This document shows, in pieces, positions 41,214 to 50,769 of a stretch of DNA of 64,000 nt. Numbering within the stretch: position 1 is the first letter of the stretch; each line of letters starts with the position of its first letter. Made by a program: the position numbers and the translations under genes. The notes under the pieces are model-generated. The model was not told the DNA's origin. It saw only the letters and a list, made by a program, of their open reading frames with translations, and made no database searches. This DNA is from an uncultured Verrucomicrobiales bacterium (lineage in GTDB: Bacteria > Verrucomicrobiota > Verrucomicrobiia > Verrucomicrobiales > CAZUPP01): assembly GCA_964622095.1 (NCBI GenBank), contig CAZUPP010000016.1, positions 13,553 through 77,552 on the forward strand, written 5' to 3'.

Positions 41214-43430
41214 ATGACCATCCCGTCCGCCTCCAGCCCGCTTTGTTGCACCCGGTTGATTCTGCTCCTGGCGTGCGGCTGGCCCGTCTGCCTTTTCGCA
41301 CAGCAAGGCACTGCTCCGCCTCCCCCCCAGCCGCTGGGAAGAACCGTTTCTCCCCCTCTTCCACAGGAGCAGACCGTTGCCGTGCTTCGTGGTGACCGGG
41401 TCGAGATCATCCTCGAAGCTGAGGGTCGGCGCAGTGGGAATGTGGACTTCCTCATCCGGGAAGAGCCGAAGCATGGTGCGCTCAGCGAAGTGAGCCGCAT
41501 CGATCCGTCCTCGGTCTCACTCGTCTACCAGCATGGCGGGGACTATGGTCATGATCAGGATGTCTTTGAGATCGCAGCCCGCGGCCCAGGCACCGGCATG
41601 TCACCCCGCGCCGCCATCACGATCAAGGTCGCCGACCCTCCAACCTCCCTGCAGGTGGACCGGCTTGTGCGGTTCGATACCATCGCCGCCGGGGATTCCG
41701 GCGAGCGTCGCCTCACCCTTCTCAACACAGGCGGGCGGGCGGTAGAGGGAAAGATCACGGTGCCTGAGCCCTGGTTGATCATTCCTCCGAAAGACGCTGC
41801 CTACAACCTGGAGCCGGAGGAGGAGCTGACGGTCATCGTGCGCTACGCCCCGCAGGAACCCGGCCGGCATGAGGGAGAAATTCGTTACGGCAGCGAGGCC
41901 GAACTCAGCACTCGCCTCACCGGGCTGGCCTTGGAACCGGTTGTCGTGCAAACGGAGAGAATTGTGCTCCGCGAACCGGTTGATTCCGTCCGGGGTGAGA
42001 TCGCTCTGGAAAACCGCTCTCCGCGAGAGCGTATTATCACAGTGGCGCTGCCGGATTTTCTTCAACCGGTTGAGCCCGGAAGGAATGATCCGGGCGAAGC
42101 GCCGAAGGAAGAGGAACCAAGAGCACACCGCGTGGTTTTGCCTCCGGGCGAACGCGTCAACTGGCCCGTCGAAATCAACCCGAAAACCGCCACGGCTCAG
42201 GCTCTGACCGGAGAAATCATCCTGCGTGAGGAGGACGGCGGGAATCAGAAATGGTCCATTCCCGTGACGGTGCAACCGCTCCCGCCTGACCTGCGGCTCG
42301 ACGTGCTTGCGCTGGACTTCGGTGATGTGGAGCTGGGCGATGAGAAAGTTTTGAAAGTCGAGGTCTTTAATGCGGGCGGGGTTGAAGCGGTCGTCGACGC
42401 TACGGTGGAGGACCCATTTAGTCTCATGATGGATGGACAATCTCTGGCAGAAAGCCGTCAACTCCGGATTGAGCCGGGCGCTGCGATGGGAATAGTCGTG
42501 CAGGCTGCCGCGGAAAGACCCGGGGTCTTCTCGGTGGAGCTGAAACTGACACCCATTAACTGGTCCGAAGCGTCACGAACGATCAAATTGCTCCTGAGTG
42601 CGGTGCGTGAAGCCGCGACTGCAGACGAGTCCGCGGCCAGTGATGCCACCAGTGATGAGCGGGAGGGCTCCTTAAGCGATAACTCCGCTCTCCGTGAAAT
42701 CACGAAGGACGGTGGGCGTTTTGTCCGACGCAACGCGCAGCTTGTCCGGGAGCGTCTCGCCGAACAGCGAGCCGCAGAGGAAGCTCCGGATGGAGGTGGC
42801 CTGCGGCCGATGGATGAAGCGGAGCTGGAGCGTCTGGAGTTTCTGGCGGCGAACCAGCGGCAGCTCAGTTGGCCTGAGGCTATCACAGAGGTCGAACTCG
42901 AACGCAAAAACGACGGAACCGGCGAGCTGCACTGGCAGGATATCGGCCAGGGAGGTCTGAGTTATCTGATTGAGGGCCGCTATGTGAAACGCTCCGAAGC
43001 AGGTCGGCTGGCCTTTGCTTGGGCGCCGTTTGATGACGTCACCATTACCGGTCCTGACGCCGATAGCCAGATGACCGCCGATCTGGGTGAGCTTCCGCCC
43101 CGCGACCGAGGGGCCTTCATCCGGGTCAGCGCGCGATTGCCGGATGGAAAAATCATCCCGCTGAGTCAGGTCTTTGAAATCACCGGTTTTCCTGGGAAAA
43201 GCCGTGGGCTGGGCGGTTGGATGGCCGCTGCCGGTGCCGGTGCCGTTGTCCTATTTGGTGGCATTGCTGCGGGAGGGGTGTGGTGGGCTCTGCGCCGCGC
43301 TCCCTGGGCAAAATCCGTGCGAACCTCGGCCTCCCGGCAAAGTTCACGGCCGGCCGCGAAACCGAGCATACCACCGTCGGCCAAGAAGACGGCGCGGATC
43401 AGGCCGCCAGCCGCTGAGCCGTCCAAATAA
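41214..43430 (+). CDS. Surface/periplasmic protein with repeated Ig-like (ASH/PapD-like) domains and C-terminal membrane anchor
   Basis: Signal peptide, repeats such as LDFGDV..G....V.V.N.GG and RFDTI..G.....TL.NTGG, C-terminal TM with basic tail. Confidence 0.7.
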   Translation: MTIPSASSPLCCTRLILLLACGWPVCLFAQQGTAPPPPQPLGRTVSPPLPQEQTVAVLRGDRVEIILEAEGRRSGNVDFLIREEPKHGALSEVSRIDPSSVSLVYQHGGDYGHDQDVFEIAARGPGTGMSPRAAITIKVADPPTSLQVDRLVRFDTIAAGDSGERRLTLLNTGGRAVEGKITVPEPWLIIPPKDAAYNLEPEEELTVIVRYAPQEPGRHEGEIRYGSEAELSTRLTGLALEPVVVQTERIVLREPVDSVRGEIALENRSPRERIITVALPDFLQPVEPGRNDPGEAPKEEEPRAHRVVLPPGERVNWPVEINPKTATAQALTGEIILREEDGGNQKWSIPVTVQPLPPDLRLDVLALDFGDVELGDEKVLKVEVFNAGGVEAVVDATVEDPFSLMMDGQSLAESRQLRIEPGAAMGIVVQAAAERPGVFSVELKLTPINWSEASRTIKLLLSAVREAATADESAASDATSDEREGSLSDNSALREITKDGGRFVRRNAQLVRERLAEQRAAEEAPDGGGLRPMDEAELERLEFLAANQRQLSWPEAITEVELERKNDGTGELHWQDIGQGGLSYLIEGRYVKRSEAGRLAFAWAPFDDVTITGPDADSQMTADLGELPPRDRGAFIRVSARLPDGKIIPLSQVFEITGFPGKSRGLGGWMAAAGAGAVVLFGGIAAGGVWWALRRAPWAKSVRTSASRQSSRPAAKPSIPPSAKKTARIRPPAAEPSK

Positions 43431-43923
43431 CCGTCTCCGCCAGTTCTTTCACCCGCCGGTCAACCTCCTCATCCGTGATGCGATCCGCTTCAAAAGCTGC
43501 ACCAGTGGCGTAAACGAAGCGGGGCACGATGGTCACCCGGAAATCCAGCATGAGGCTGTTCGCGAGGGAGAGGATCGACATATAACTCATCGAACCACCC
43601 GCGGCGCAGATGAACCCGGCCACCTTGCCTTCCCAGTTGCGTCCGGTCAGCTCGATCAGATTCTTCGCCGCGGCATTGCCGTAGAAATTGTAGATTGGAC
43701 AGGCGAGGATGAAGGCACTCGCCTCCTCCGTTTTCTGAGCCAGTACGACGGTGTTTGGGTCGCCATAAGCAGACTCTCCATCACAGAGGGGCAGCGGGTA
43801 GTCACGCAGATCAATCAGTTCAACGTCTGCGCCTTGATTCTGCAGATGTCGATGGGCGGCATCGGCCATGATGCGGCTGCGGCTGTATCCTTTCAGGCTG
43901 CAACTGATGATAAGCGTTTTCAT
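43399..43923 (-). CDS. NADPH-dependent FMN reductase
   Basis: S.SL...SRS, IDLRDYPLP, P.YN....AAKNLIE, AGG..S. Confidence 0.9.
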   Translation of the reverse strand: MKTLIISCSLKGYSRSRIMADAAHRHLQNQGADVELIDLRDYPLPLCDGESAYGDPNTVVLAQKTEEASAFILACPIYNFYGNAAAKNLIELTGRNWEGKVAGFICAAGGSMSYMSILSLANSLMLDFRVTIVPRFVYATGAAFEADRITDEEVDRRVKELAETVIWTAQRLAA

Positions 43924-43958
43924 GTCGAGCGGATTTTTGTGCTAAGGGTTACGCCGTC

Positions 43959-44600
43959 ATGCAAGGAAAGGTGTGGAAGATAAGGCTGATCGTGTCGGCT
44001 CTGGCGGCGGCGCTCACTCTGGCGGGCTGCGCCATGCTGGAACAGAATAAAGCGTCCGGGGAGGCTGAACGGGAAATGCGCGATGGCTACCTGCCGGTCG
44101 GTGCACGGCCGGGAATTGTCAATGCTCCCGCGCGGAAAGGTCCGCAATGGGAATGGCATGGCGCCCCGTCCATCGGCGCTCCGGTCTCACTCGAGGTGGA
44201 TCTGAGTGAGCAGCGCCTGCGCGTTAAACAGGGCGGGCAGGTCACGGCATGGACGGATGTCAGCACCGGCAAACCAGGCTATGAAACACCGACCGGAAGT
44301 TTCCGGATCACCCAGAAAAAACGCTCTCACTTCTCGAATTTATACGGGGTATTTATTGATGAAATGACGGGGGAAATGGTTGGTGCAGGTCGGTCCAACA
44401 GCACTCCGCCCCCCGGTGCACGATTTGAAGGAGCGTCCATGCCCTACATGCAGCGCCTGACTGATGACGGCATCTGCCTGCACTCCGGCGCGGTCGTTGG
44501 TGTGCCTGCCTCCAGCGGATGCATTCGCCTGCCAGATTCCTTCGCTCGGCAATTGTTTGCTGCCACGGAAATCGGAACGCCGGTGACGGTCAGGAATTGA
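43959..44600 (+). CDS. L,D-transpeptidase (YkuD) lipoprotein
   Basis: Lipobox LAGC, VSTGK.G..TPTG, H.G......SSGCIRL. Confidence 0.9.
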   Translation: MQGKVWKIRLIVSALAAALTLAGCAMLEQNKASGEAEREMRDGYLPVGARPGIVNAPARKGPQWEWHGAPSIGAPVSLEVDLSEQRLRVKQGGQVTAWTDVSTGKPGYETPTGSFRITQKKRSHFSNLYGVFIDEMTGEMVGAGRSNSTPPPGARFEGASMPYMQRLTDDGICLHSGAVVGVPASSGCIRLPDSFARQLFAATEIGTPVTVRN

Positions 44601-44830
44601 TGATGGCAGTCGCTTCACTTTCGAGGTGCAGGAAGGCCCAGTCACAGACTTCAAAGCGTTCTTTGTCGTGCGCGCGGTAATTTTTAGAGGGCATACTTTT
44701 CTGCAGGAAACGGATTCATTTCGTAAGGTCCAACGCTCGCTCGATTTCCTCAGGCGTTGTTTGTAGAACTGACGACCGCCTTCATGGTAGTTGCTGCCAC
44801 GACCTGAGCATGGTAGATCAATCGCTACTC

Positions 44831-45283
44831 ATGACAATTGCCGAGCAAATTGATGCCGACCTGAAGGCGGCGATGAAGGCGAAGGAGGCAGAGAAGCTGC
44901 AGGTTCTTCGTGCGGTCAAATCTGCGATCAAATCCTATGCGATCGACAAAGGCGGCCCGGAGACGGAGTTGTCCGAAGTGGACGTGATCGGCATTATCCG
45001 AAAGCAGATCAAACAACGGGAAGATTCCATCGCGGGCTATGAAAAGGGCGGCCGGCCAGAATTGGCGGCGAAGGAGCAGGCGGAGATAGAAATGCTGCAG
45101 GTCTACCTGCCCAAACCGCTCAGCGCAAAGGAGCTGGAAAAAGAAGTGAAGGCCGCGATCAAGGAAACCGGCGCCAGCTCCCAAAAAGAAATGGGGCAGG
45201 TGGTGAAGCTCCTGCGCGAACGCATCGGCGACCGCGTGGATGGCAAGACGCTCAGTGAAGAGGTCAAAAAACAGCTGGCCTGA
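44831..45283 (+). CDS. GatB/YqeY domain protein
   Basis: DLKAAMKAK, KQIKQREDSI..Y..GGR.ELA.KE, YLP.PLS, MGQV. Confidence 0.93.
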   Translation: MTIAEQIDADLKAAMKAKEAEKLQVLRAVKSAIKSYAIDKGGPETELSEVDVIGIIRKQIKQREDSIAGYEKGGRPELAAKEQAEIEMLQVYLPKPLSAKELEKEVKAAIKETGASSQKEMGQVVKLLRERIGDRVDGKTLSEEVKKQLA

Positions 45284-45294
45284 AAGGCGATGGC

Positions 45295-46011
45295 GTGAGC
45301 GGTGAACTTGCCATGGTGGTGGTGGCAGCGGGAAGCAGCCGCCGGATGGGCTTTGATAAACTGACCGCGCCTCTGGCGGGCACACCGGTATATCTGCACA
45401 GCCTGCTGATGTTCAACGCCCACCCGGAGGTGGGCACGCTGGTGCTGGTCACGCAAAAGGATCGTTTGGCTGAGCGGGAGAAGGCTTGTAGGAGTGCCGG
45501 GATTGAGAAGTTAGTCGCGGTCGTCCCCGGTGGCGGCGAACGCTGGGAATCTGTCTGGGCCGGGATCAGGGCAGTGCCCGGAGCGTTTGGATGGATCGGC
45601 GTGCACGACGGCGCTCGCCCATTGATCACCACGGAGGCGGTCACCGGATGTTTTGCCCTGGCACGGAAGTTTGGCGGGGCAAGCTGTGCCGCGCCCGTGA
45701 CGGATACCCTGAAGCGACAGAGGAAAGAAGAAAACTGCTCCGGGGCGAAGGAGCCCCCGGTATTGGGAGAAGGGGTCCCCCGCGAGGGTCTTTGGGCCAT
45801 GCAGACGCCGCAAATCTTTGAAGCCCAACGGTTGAGAGAAGCCTATGGGGTTATCCAGAGCGCGGGATTGGCGGTTACGGATGAGACTTCAGCTCTTACT
45901 GAAGCGGGGCACCGGGTCGCGCTTTATGCGAACCCGCACTGGAACCCGAAGATTACCTTTCCGCGGGATCTGGCTCTGGCCGAGGCCATCCTCAGCCAGA
46001 GCCCGGGATGA
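45295..46011 (+). CDS. ispD: 2-C-methyl-D-erythritol 4-phosphate cytidylyltransferase
   Basis: AAGSSRRMG..K, GG.ER..SV, VHDGARP, DTLK, QTPQ.F, TD, N.KIT.P.DL. Confidence 0.94.
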   Translation: MSGELAMVVVAAGSSRRMGFDKLTAPLAGTPVYLHSLLMFNAHPEVGTLVLVTQKDRLAEREKACRSAGIEKLVAVVPGGGERWESVWAGIRAVPGAFGWIGVHDGARPLITTEAVTGCFALARKFGGASCAAPVTDTLKRQRKEENCSGAKEPPVLGEGVPREGLWAMQTPQIFEAQRLREAYGVIQSAGLAVTDETSALTEAGHRVALYANPHWNPKITFPRDLALAEAILSQSPG

Positions 46012-46027
46012 AACTCACCGTCACCCG

Positions 46028-46366
46028 TCAGCCCGCCACTTTCTGGAGGGCGCCGATGATGTCTTCCTTGGGATGAGCGCCGAGCATGGTGTCAGCAACC
46101 TCACCGTTCTTGAAGATCATGAGAGTCGGGATGGACCGGATCCCAAACTTCGAAGCCAGCGCCTGATTCTCATCGACGTCGACCTTGGCGATTTTTACGG
46201 CGCCGGACTGTTCCTCGGCGATCTCTTCGAGGATAGGAGCGATCCGTTTGCAGGGTCCGCACCATTCCGCCCAGAAGTCGACCAGGACCGGCTTTTCAGA
46301 GGATGCGGAGACCACTTCCTGGTCGAAGTTCGCATCGCTGATTTCCACAATATTGTTTGTTGTCAT
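46028..46366 (-). CDS. trxA: Thioredoxin
   Basis: [21 protein letters not shown]. Confidence 0.96.
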   Translation of the reverse strand: MTTNNIVEISDANFDQEVVSASSEKPVLVDFWAEWCGPCKRIAPILEEIAEEQSGAVKIAKVDVDENQALASKFGIRSIPTLMIFKNGEVADTMLGAHPKEDIIGALQKVAG

Positions 46367-46507
46367 ATGCTTGGTCTTTCCATTGAGAGAAAGCGAGATC
46401 GGCCGCCTTGCCGAACGGGGATCGTCTCGCCGTGCTTCCTTATGAGAAGTATCTGAAAATGCGAGAGTCGTTCAGCAGGATTTGTTCCCTGAGGTGAAGC
46501 AGACGGC

Positions 46508-47497
46508 TTAGGGGATGAATGAAACCAGCTCAATGGCTGCCCACGCTCCGGCGGCAATGAAAAAGACGGCGGGAAGGGCAATCCCCATCCCGGGCCTGTC
46601 CACCTGAGCGCCCGCGCCCTTGACAGCCGCGCGGGCCGGAGCCGACGCGGCGGGCTTGGAGCCTTTCACCGCTGGGCCGGCGCCTCGTGCCGGAGGCTTG
46701 ACGCCTTTGCGGGCCGGAAGCTGGACACGAGCGGTCTGCAGGCGGGAAGTGAGCTTGGAAGTCAATCGAGCCGTGCCCTTTTTCGTGCCGGACTCCTGGG
46801 GTTTGGCCGCTGGCGCCGGTTGCTTGGCCTGAGCGGGCGCGGGAGCCGGAGTTGATTGAGGTTTTGGCGCTCCGCCCGGCTGAGGCTTGGGTGGACCGGA
46901 AGGAGTGGGAGCGGGACGGGGCGGAGCGCTTGCCGGAGCCGGAGCCGGTTTGGGCGTAGAGATGGGAGCAGGAGCGGCTGGCTCGGGCTCGGGCGTGGGC
47001 GCCGCTGGTGCCGGGACATCACGCTTGATGGGAGACGGTGGCAGCTTACCGGGCTCACCGGTCTTGGCCTGAGGCTGCGGAGCGGGAGCGGGGGCAGTTC
47101 TTTCCTGAGCGGGAGCGGGCGCGACGGGAGCTGGAGCCGGGGCGGCCGGCAGTTCCTGTTCCGCTGCTGGTTCTTCCTGACGCGGGACGGGAGCGGGCTT
47201 GGGCGGGAGCTTCAGCGCCGGCTTGGCGCCTGTCGGAGCCTCCGGGGAAGATCCGGATTCCTCTCCACGATTGATCACCGGAGGAGCCTTTGCTCCGGGG
47301 GGAGCAGGCCGTTCCCGGATGTTCGGAGTCACTTTTGGAACGGGCTTGGCGCTGCCTCCAGTGCGCGGAGGCAGACTGATGCGGACGGTCTCCCTTTTGC
47401 CTGCCTTCTTTGGGTCACCTTTTCCCGTCGGAGACGGCAGAGAGATTCTCACGGTCTCTTTCTTGGGCTCGTTCTTCTTGGATGATTCGTCGCTCAT
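46508..47497 (-). CDS. Pro/Ala-rich intrinsically disordered protein with C-terminal TM anchor
   Basis: Low-complexity body, duplicated ETVRISLP motif, terminal hydrophobic helix. Confidence 0.7.
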   Translation of the reverse strand: MSDESSKKNEPKKETVRISLPSPTGKGDPKKAGKRETVRISLPPRTGGSAKPVPKVTPNIRERPAPPGAKAPPVINRGEESGSSPEAPTGAKPALKLPPKPAPVPRQEEPAAEQELPAAPAPAPVAPAPAQERTAPAPAPQPQAKTGEPGKLPPSPIKRDVPAPAAPTPEPEPAAPAPISTPKPAPAPASAPPRPAPTPSGPPKPQPGGAPKPQSTPAPAPAQAKQPAPAAKPQESGTKKGTARLTSKLTSRLQTARVQLPARKGVKPPARGAGPAVKGSKPAASAPARAAVKGAGAQVDRPGMGIALPAVFFIAAGAWAAIELVSFIP

Positions 47498-48018
47498 GAC
47501 TGATTCGTCTGGAAACTGGGGTGGTATAGTCTGGGAATGGGATCAGCTCTCAGGAGCTGGGTGCGCAACCTCCGTGCTGTCAAGGGCCCGCGCAGCCTTG
47601 GCCTCTTCCATGGACGAAGCCTAACGCCGGATGCCTTCTTCCACAAGGATTGATGAAGGAGCACGCGCTTGACAAGGGCGGTAATACCATGACGCGAAGA
47701 TTTTTCCTGCCGCAACAGTTCGCGATGATGGGACGAGGTGCCTGAGAGGCAACGGTTTCTGAGAGTTTTCGCTTCCGCTTTTCTCAGAGAGGCTTGACAG
47801 GGACGTCGGGCTCGCCTTGCATGCCCCACGCCAGATTTGGCGGCTGGCTGCTTGCCCAATTGCGACGGAGGTACTCCTTGCACCTCACCTCGATCCATCG
47901 AGCAGACGGCATGAGTCTTTCTTACCTTTCACCACTGCCGCCCCGCGGCCTGAAGGCTCAGCGAGCACGGTCGAGGTTTTCCTTGCCCCGGGTTTGAGCG
48001 AGAAATAGCGTTTTCAGA

Positions 48019-49020
48019 ATGAACATCTTGGTCACAGGCGGGGCGGGCTTCATCGGCTCACACCTTGTAGAGAGGCTGGTAGAGCAGGGGCACCGTGTGA
48101 CTGTGTTCGATGACTTCAATGATTTCTACGAGCGGGAGATCAAGAACCGCAATCTCAGCGCCGTGCGCGATCAGGTAAGGGTGATCGAGCTGGATATCCG
48201 CGACAAAGAGGCGGTCCTGCGTCACACCCTGGAGGGGGAGTTTCAGAAGATCGTCCATCTCGCCGCCCGCGCCGGGGTGAGACCATCCATCAAGGAGCCC
48301 GAGCTTTACCTGGATACCAATATCAAGGGCACCTTTTACCTGTTGGACGCAGCCCGACAGTTGAAGACGGAGCAATTCATCCTGGCCTCCAGTTCCTCAG
48401 TCTACGGGCTGAGCAAGGATGTTCCCTTTCGGGAAGACCAGTGCATCGCTGAGACGATCAGTCCTTACGCGGCATCGAAGCTGGCCTGCGAGCAGCTCTG
48501 CTCAAATTATGCTCACCTCCATGGGATCCGCATGGTTTGCCTGCGCTTCTTTACCGTGTATGGCCCGCGTCAGCGCCCGGACCTTGCCATCTATAAGTTT
48601 ACCGAACGCATCATCAAAGGCCTGCCCATCGACCAGTATGGCGACGGCACGACCGGCCGGGACTACACCTACATTGATGACATTGTCCAGGGTGTCCTCG
48701 GCGCGATGGCCTACGACAAATCCCCCTTTGAAATTGCCAATGTTGGCGGGAATCATTTCACCCGGCTTCATGAACTGATCAGCATCATTGAAGAAGCGGT
48801 CGGCAAAAAGGCGGTCATCAAGCAACTCCCGGAGCAGCCCGGCGATGTGCCTTTCACCTATGCAGACATTTCAAAGGCCGCCAATCTCTTCGGTTATAAC
48901 CCGAGCACGCCTCTGAATGAGGGCGTCCCCAGGTTTGTCGAATGGTATCGCCAGATCCACGGTGAAGTTACGGCCTCCTCTGCCATGGCCGGGCAGCCTG
49001 CCGGTCTGGGCGTAGGCTGA
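48019..49020 (+). CDS. NAD-dependent nucleotide-sugar epimerase (UDP-glucuronate 4-epimerase-like)
   Basis: VTGGAGFIG, HLAARAGVR, ASSSSVYG, YAASK, LRFFTVYGPRQRPD. Confidence 0.92.
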   Translation: MNILVTGGAGFIGSHLVERLVEQGHRVTVFDDFNDFYEREIKNRNLSAVRDQVRVIELDIRDKEAVLRHTLEGEFQKIVHLAARAGVRPSIKEPELYLDTNIKGTFYLLDAARQLKTEQFILASSSSVYGLSKDVPFREDQCIAETISPYAASKLACEQLCSNYAHLHGIRMVCLRFFTVYGPRQRPDLAIYKFTERIIKGLPIDQYGDGTTGRDYTYIDDIVQGVLGAMAYDKSPFEIANVGGNHFTRLHELISIIEEAVGKKAVIKQLPEQPGDVPFTYADISKAANLFGYNPSTPLNEGVPRFVEWYRQIHGEVTASSAMAGQPAGLGVG

Positions 49021-49215
49021 TTTCCCTTCGCCAGGGTCCCGTTCAAAGCCCGCTGCTTTCTGAGGCAATTGAACGGTCGCTCGGGTCATCGCCCTGAATC
49101 GCGAGCTTTTCTCTCAGCAGCAAGCACTCCATGCTTGAGCCGTGCGCCGGGCGGGCATAGTTCTGCCGCTCGCTCCTTCATTATTCTACCCTTTACCGTT
49201 CCATCTCGCCTCACC

Positions 49216-50769
49216 ATGGCCAAGCCGCAACCGCCGCAATCCAATGCCGCCCCCTCATCCGCCATCAGCCCCACACGTGAGGAGGACTTCCCGGAGTGGT
49301 TTCAGCAGGTCGTCAAGGCCTCAGAAATGGCCGAACACTCAGAGGTGCGCGGCTGTATGGTTATCAAGCCTTGGGGCTACGGCGTCTGGGAGAATATGCG
49401 CGATCAGCTCGACGCCTATTTCAAAGCCACCGGCCACAGAAACGCCTACTTTCCTCTGCTCATTCCGCTCAGCTATATGCAGAAGGAAGCCGAGCATGTG
49501 GAGGGCTTTGCCAAGGAATGTGCCGTCGTTACCCATCATCGCCTGGAGGCAGATGCAGACGGTAACCTCCAGCCCGCTGCGCCGCTCACCGAGCCCCTCA
49601 TTATCCGGCCCACCAGTGAGACCATCATCGGTGAGACCTACGCGAAGTGGGTCCAGAGCTATCGGGACCTGCCCATCCTCCTGAACCAATGGGCCAATGT
49701 CATGCGCTGGGAGATGCGCACCCGTTTATTCCTGCGCACCGCTGAATTTCTCTGGCAGGAAGGCCATACCGTGCATGAAACGGCTCAGGAAGCGATCGAA
49801 GAAACCGAGCGCATGCTCGAGCTCTACCGGAAATTCTTTGTCGAGCATCTCGCCATCCCCGTCATTCCCGGGAGAAAAACGGAAAACGAACGCTTCCCGG
49901 GTGCGGATGACACGCTCTGCGTCGAAGCAATGGTGCAGGACCGGAAAGCCGTGCAGGCCGGCACGTCTCATTTTCTGGGGCAGAATTTCAGTAAATCCGC
50001 CGGGATCCAGTTCTCCGGGCGTGACGGTGAAATTCAGCATGCCTGGACGACAAGCTGGGGCGTCTCCACCCGCATGATCGGCACCATGATCATGGCCCAC
50101 GCCGATGATGACGGGATGATTATGCCGCCCCGTATTGCCCCGGCGCATCTTGTTATTCTGCCCGTCACACCGAAACCGGATACAAAGGAAGCCGTTCTCG
50201 CAGCCTGCGATCAATTAGCCAGAGACTTGCGTAAGAAGAAATATCACGGCGACCCCCTCGTCGTTGAGCTGGATGACCGTGACCTGGGCGGCGGAGTAAA
50301 AAACTGGGAATGGATTAAGCGCGGCATTCCGCTTCGCGTGGAACTTGGCCCGCGCGATCTGGAGAAAGGCAGCGTCGCCGTCTCCAGACGTGATCGCGGA
50401 CATAAAGAAAAGGAATTCATTCCCATCGCGGATTTTGTCAAAAGTGCCCCCAAAATTCTTGAGGACATGCAGAAAGTTCTCCTCCAGCGCGCCACGGAGT
50501 TTCGTGAGGCCCATACCGTCGAGATCACCTCCAAGGACGATTTCATTTCCTTCTTCACCCCGGACAATAGTGAAAAGCCGGAAATTCACGGCGGCTTTGC
50601 TCTCGCCCATTGGGATGGAACGCGCGAGACCGAGGAAGAAATCTCCGATCAATTGCGCGTGTCCATTCGCTGCATTCCGTTCGACAAAAAAATGCGCGGT
50701 AAAAAAGGTAAATGCGTCTGGACCGGCCAGCCCAGTGAAGGCCGTGTCGTTTTTGCCAGGAGCTACTGA
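49216..50769 (+). CDS. proS: Proline-tRNA ligase (archaeal/eukaryote-like type)
   Basis: VRGCMVIKPWG, RPTSET, RWEMRTRLFLRT.EFLWQEGH, QAGTSHFLGQNF, C-terminal ARSY; no INS editing domain. Confidence 0.97.
   Translation: MAKPQPPQSNAAPSSAISPTREEDFPEWFQQVVKASEMAEHSEVRGCMVIKPWGYGVWENMRDQLDAYFKATGHRNAYFPLLIPLSYMQKEAEHVEGFAKECAVVTHHRLEADADGNLQPAAPLTEPLIIRPTSETIIGETYAKWVQSYRDLPILLNQWANVMRWEMRTRLFLRTAEFLWQEGHTVHETAQEAIEETERMLELYRKFFVEHLAIPVIPGRKTENERFPGADDTLCVEAMVQDRKAVQAGTSHFLGQNFSKSAGIQFSGRDGEIQHAWTTSWGVSTRMIGTMIMAHADDDGMIMPPRIAPAHLVILPVTPKPDTKEAVLAACDQLARDLRKKKYHGDPLVVELDDRDLGGGVKNWEWIKRGIPLRVELGPRDLEKGSVAVSRRDRGHKEKEFIPIADFVKSAPKILEDMQKVLLQRATEFREAHTVEITSKDDFISFFTPDNSEKPEIHGGFALAHWDGTRETEEEISDQLRVSIRCIPFDKKMRGKKGKCVWTGQPSEGRVVFARSY

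Noticed and set aside
44601-44830. Possible gene fragment between the L,D-transpeptidase and yqeY
   Set aside because: Only short frames without recognisable similarity
47500-48018. Possible ncRNA or small ORF in a 520-bp intergenic region
   Set aside because: Two TTGACA hexamers and a weak hairpin, but no recognisable RNA family or credible protein
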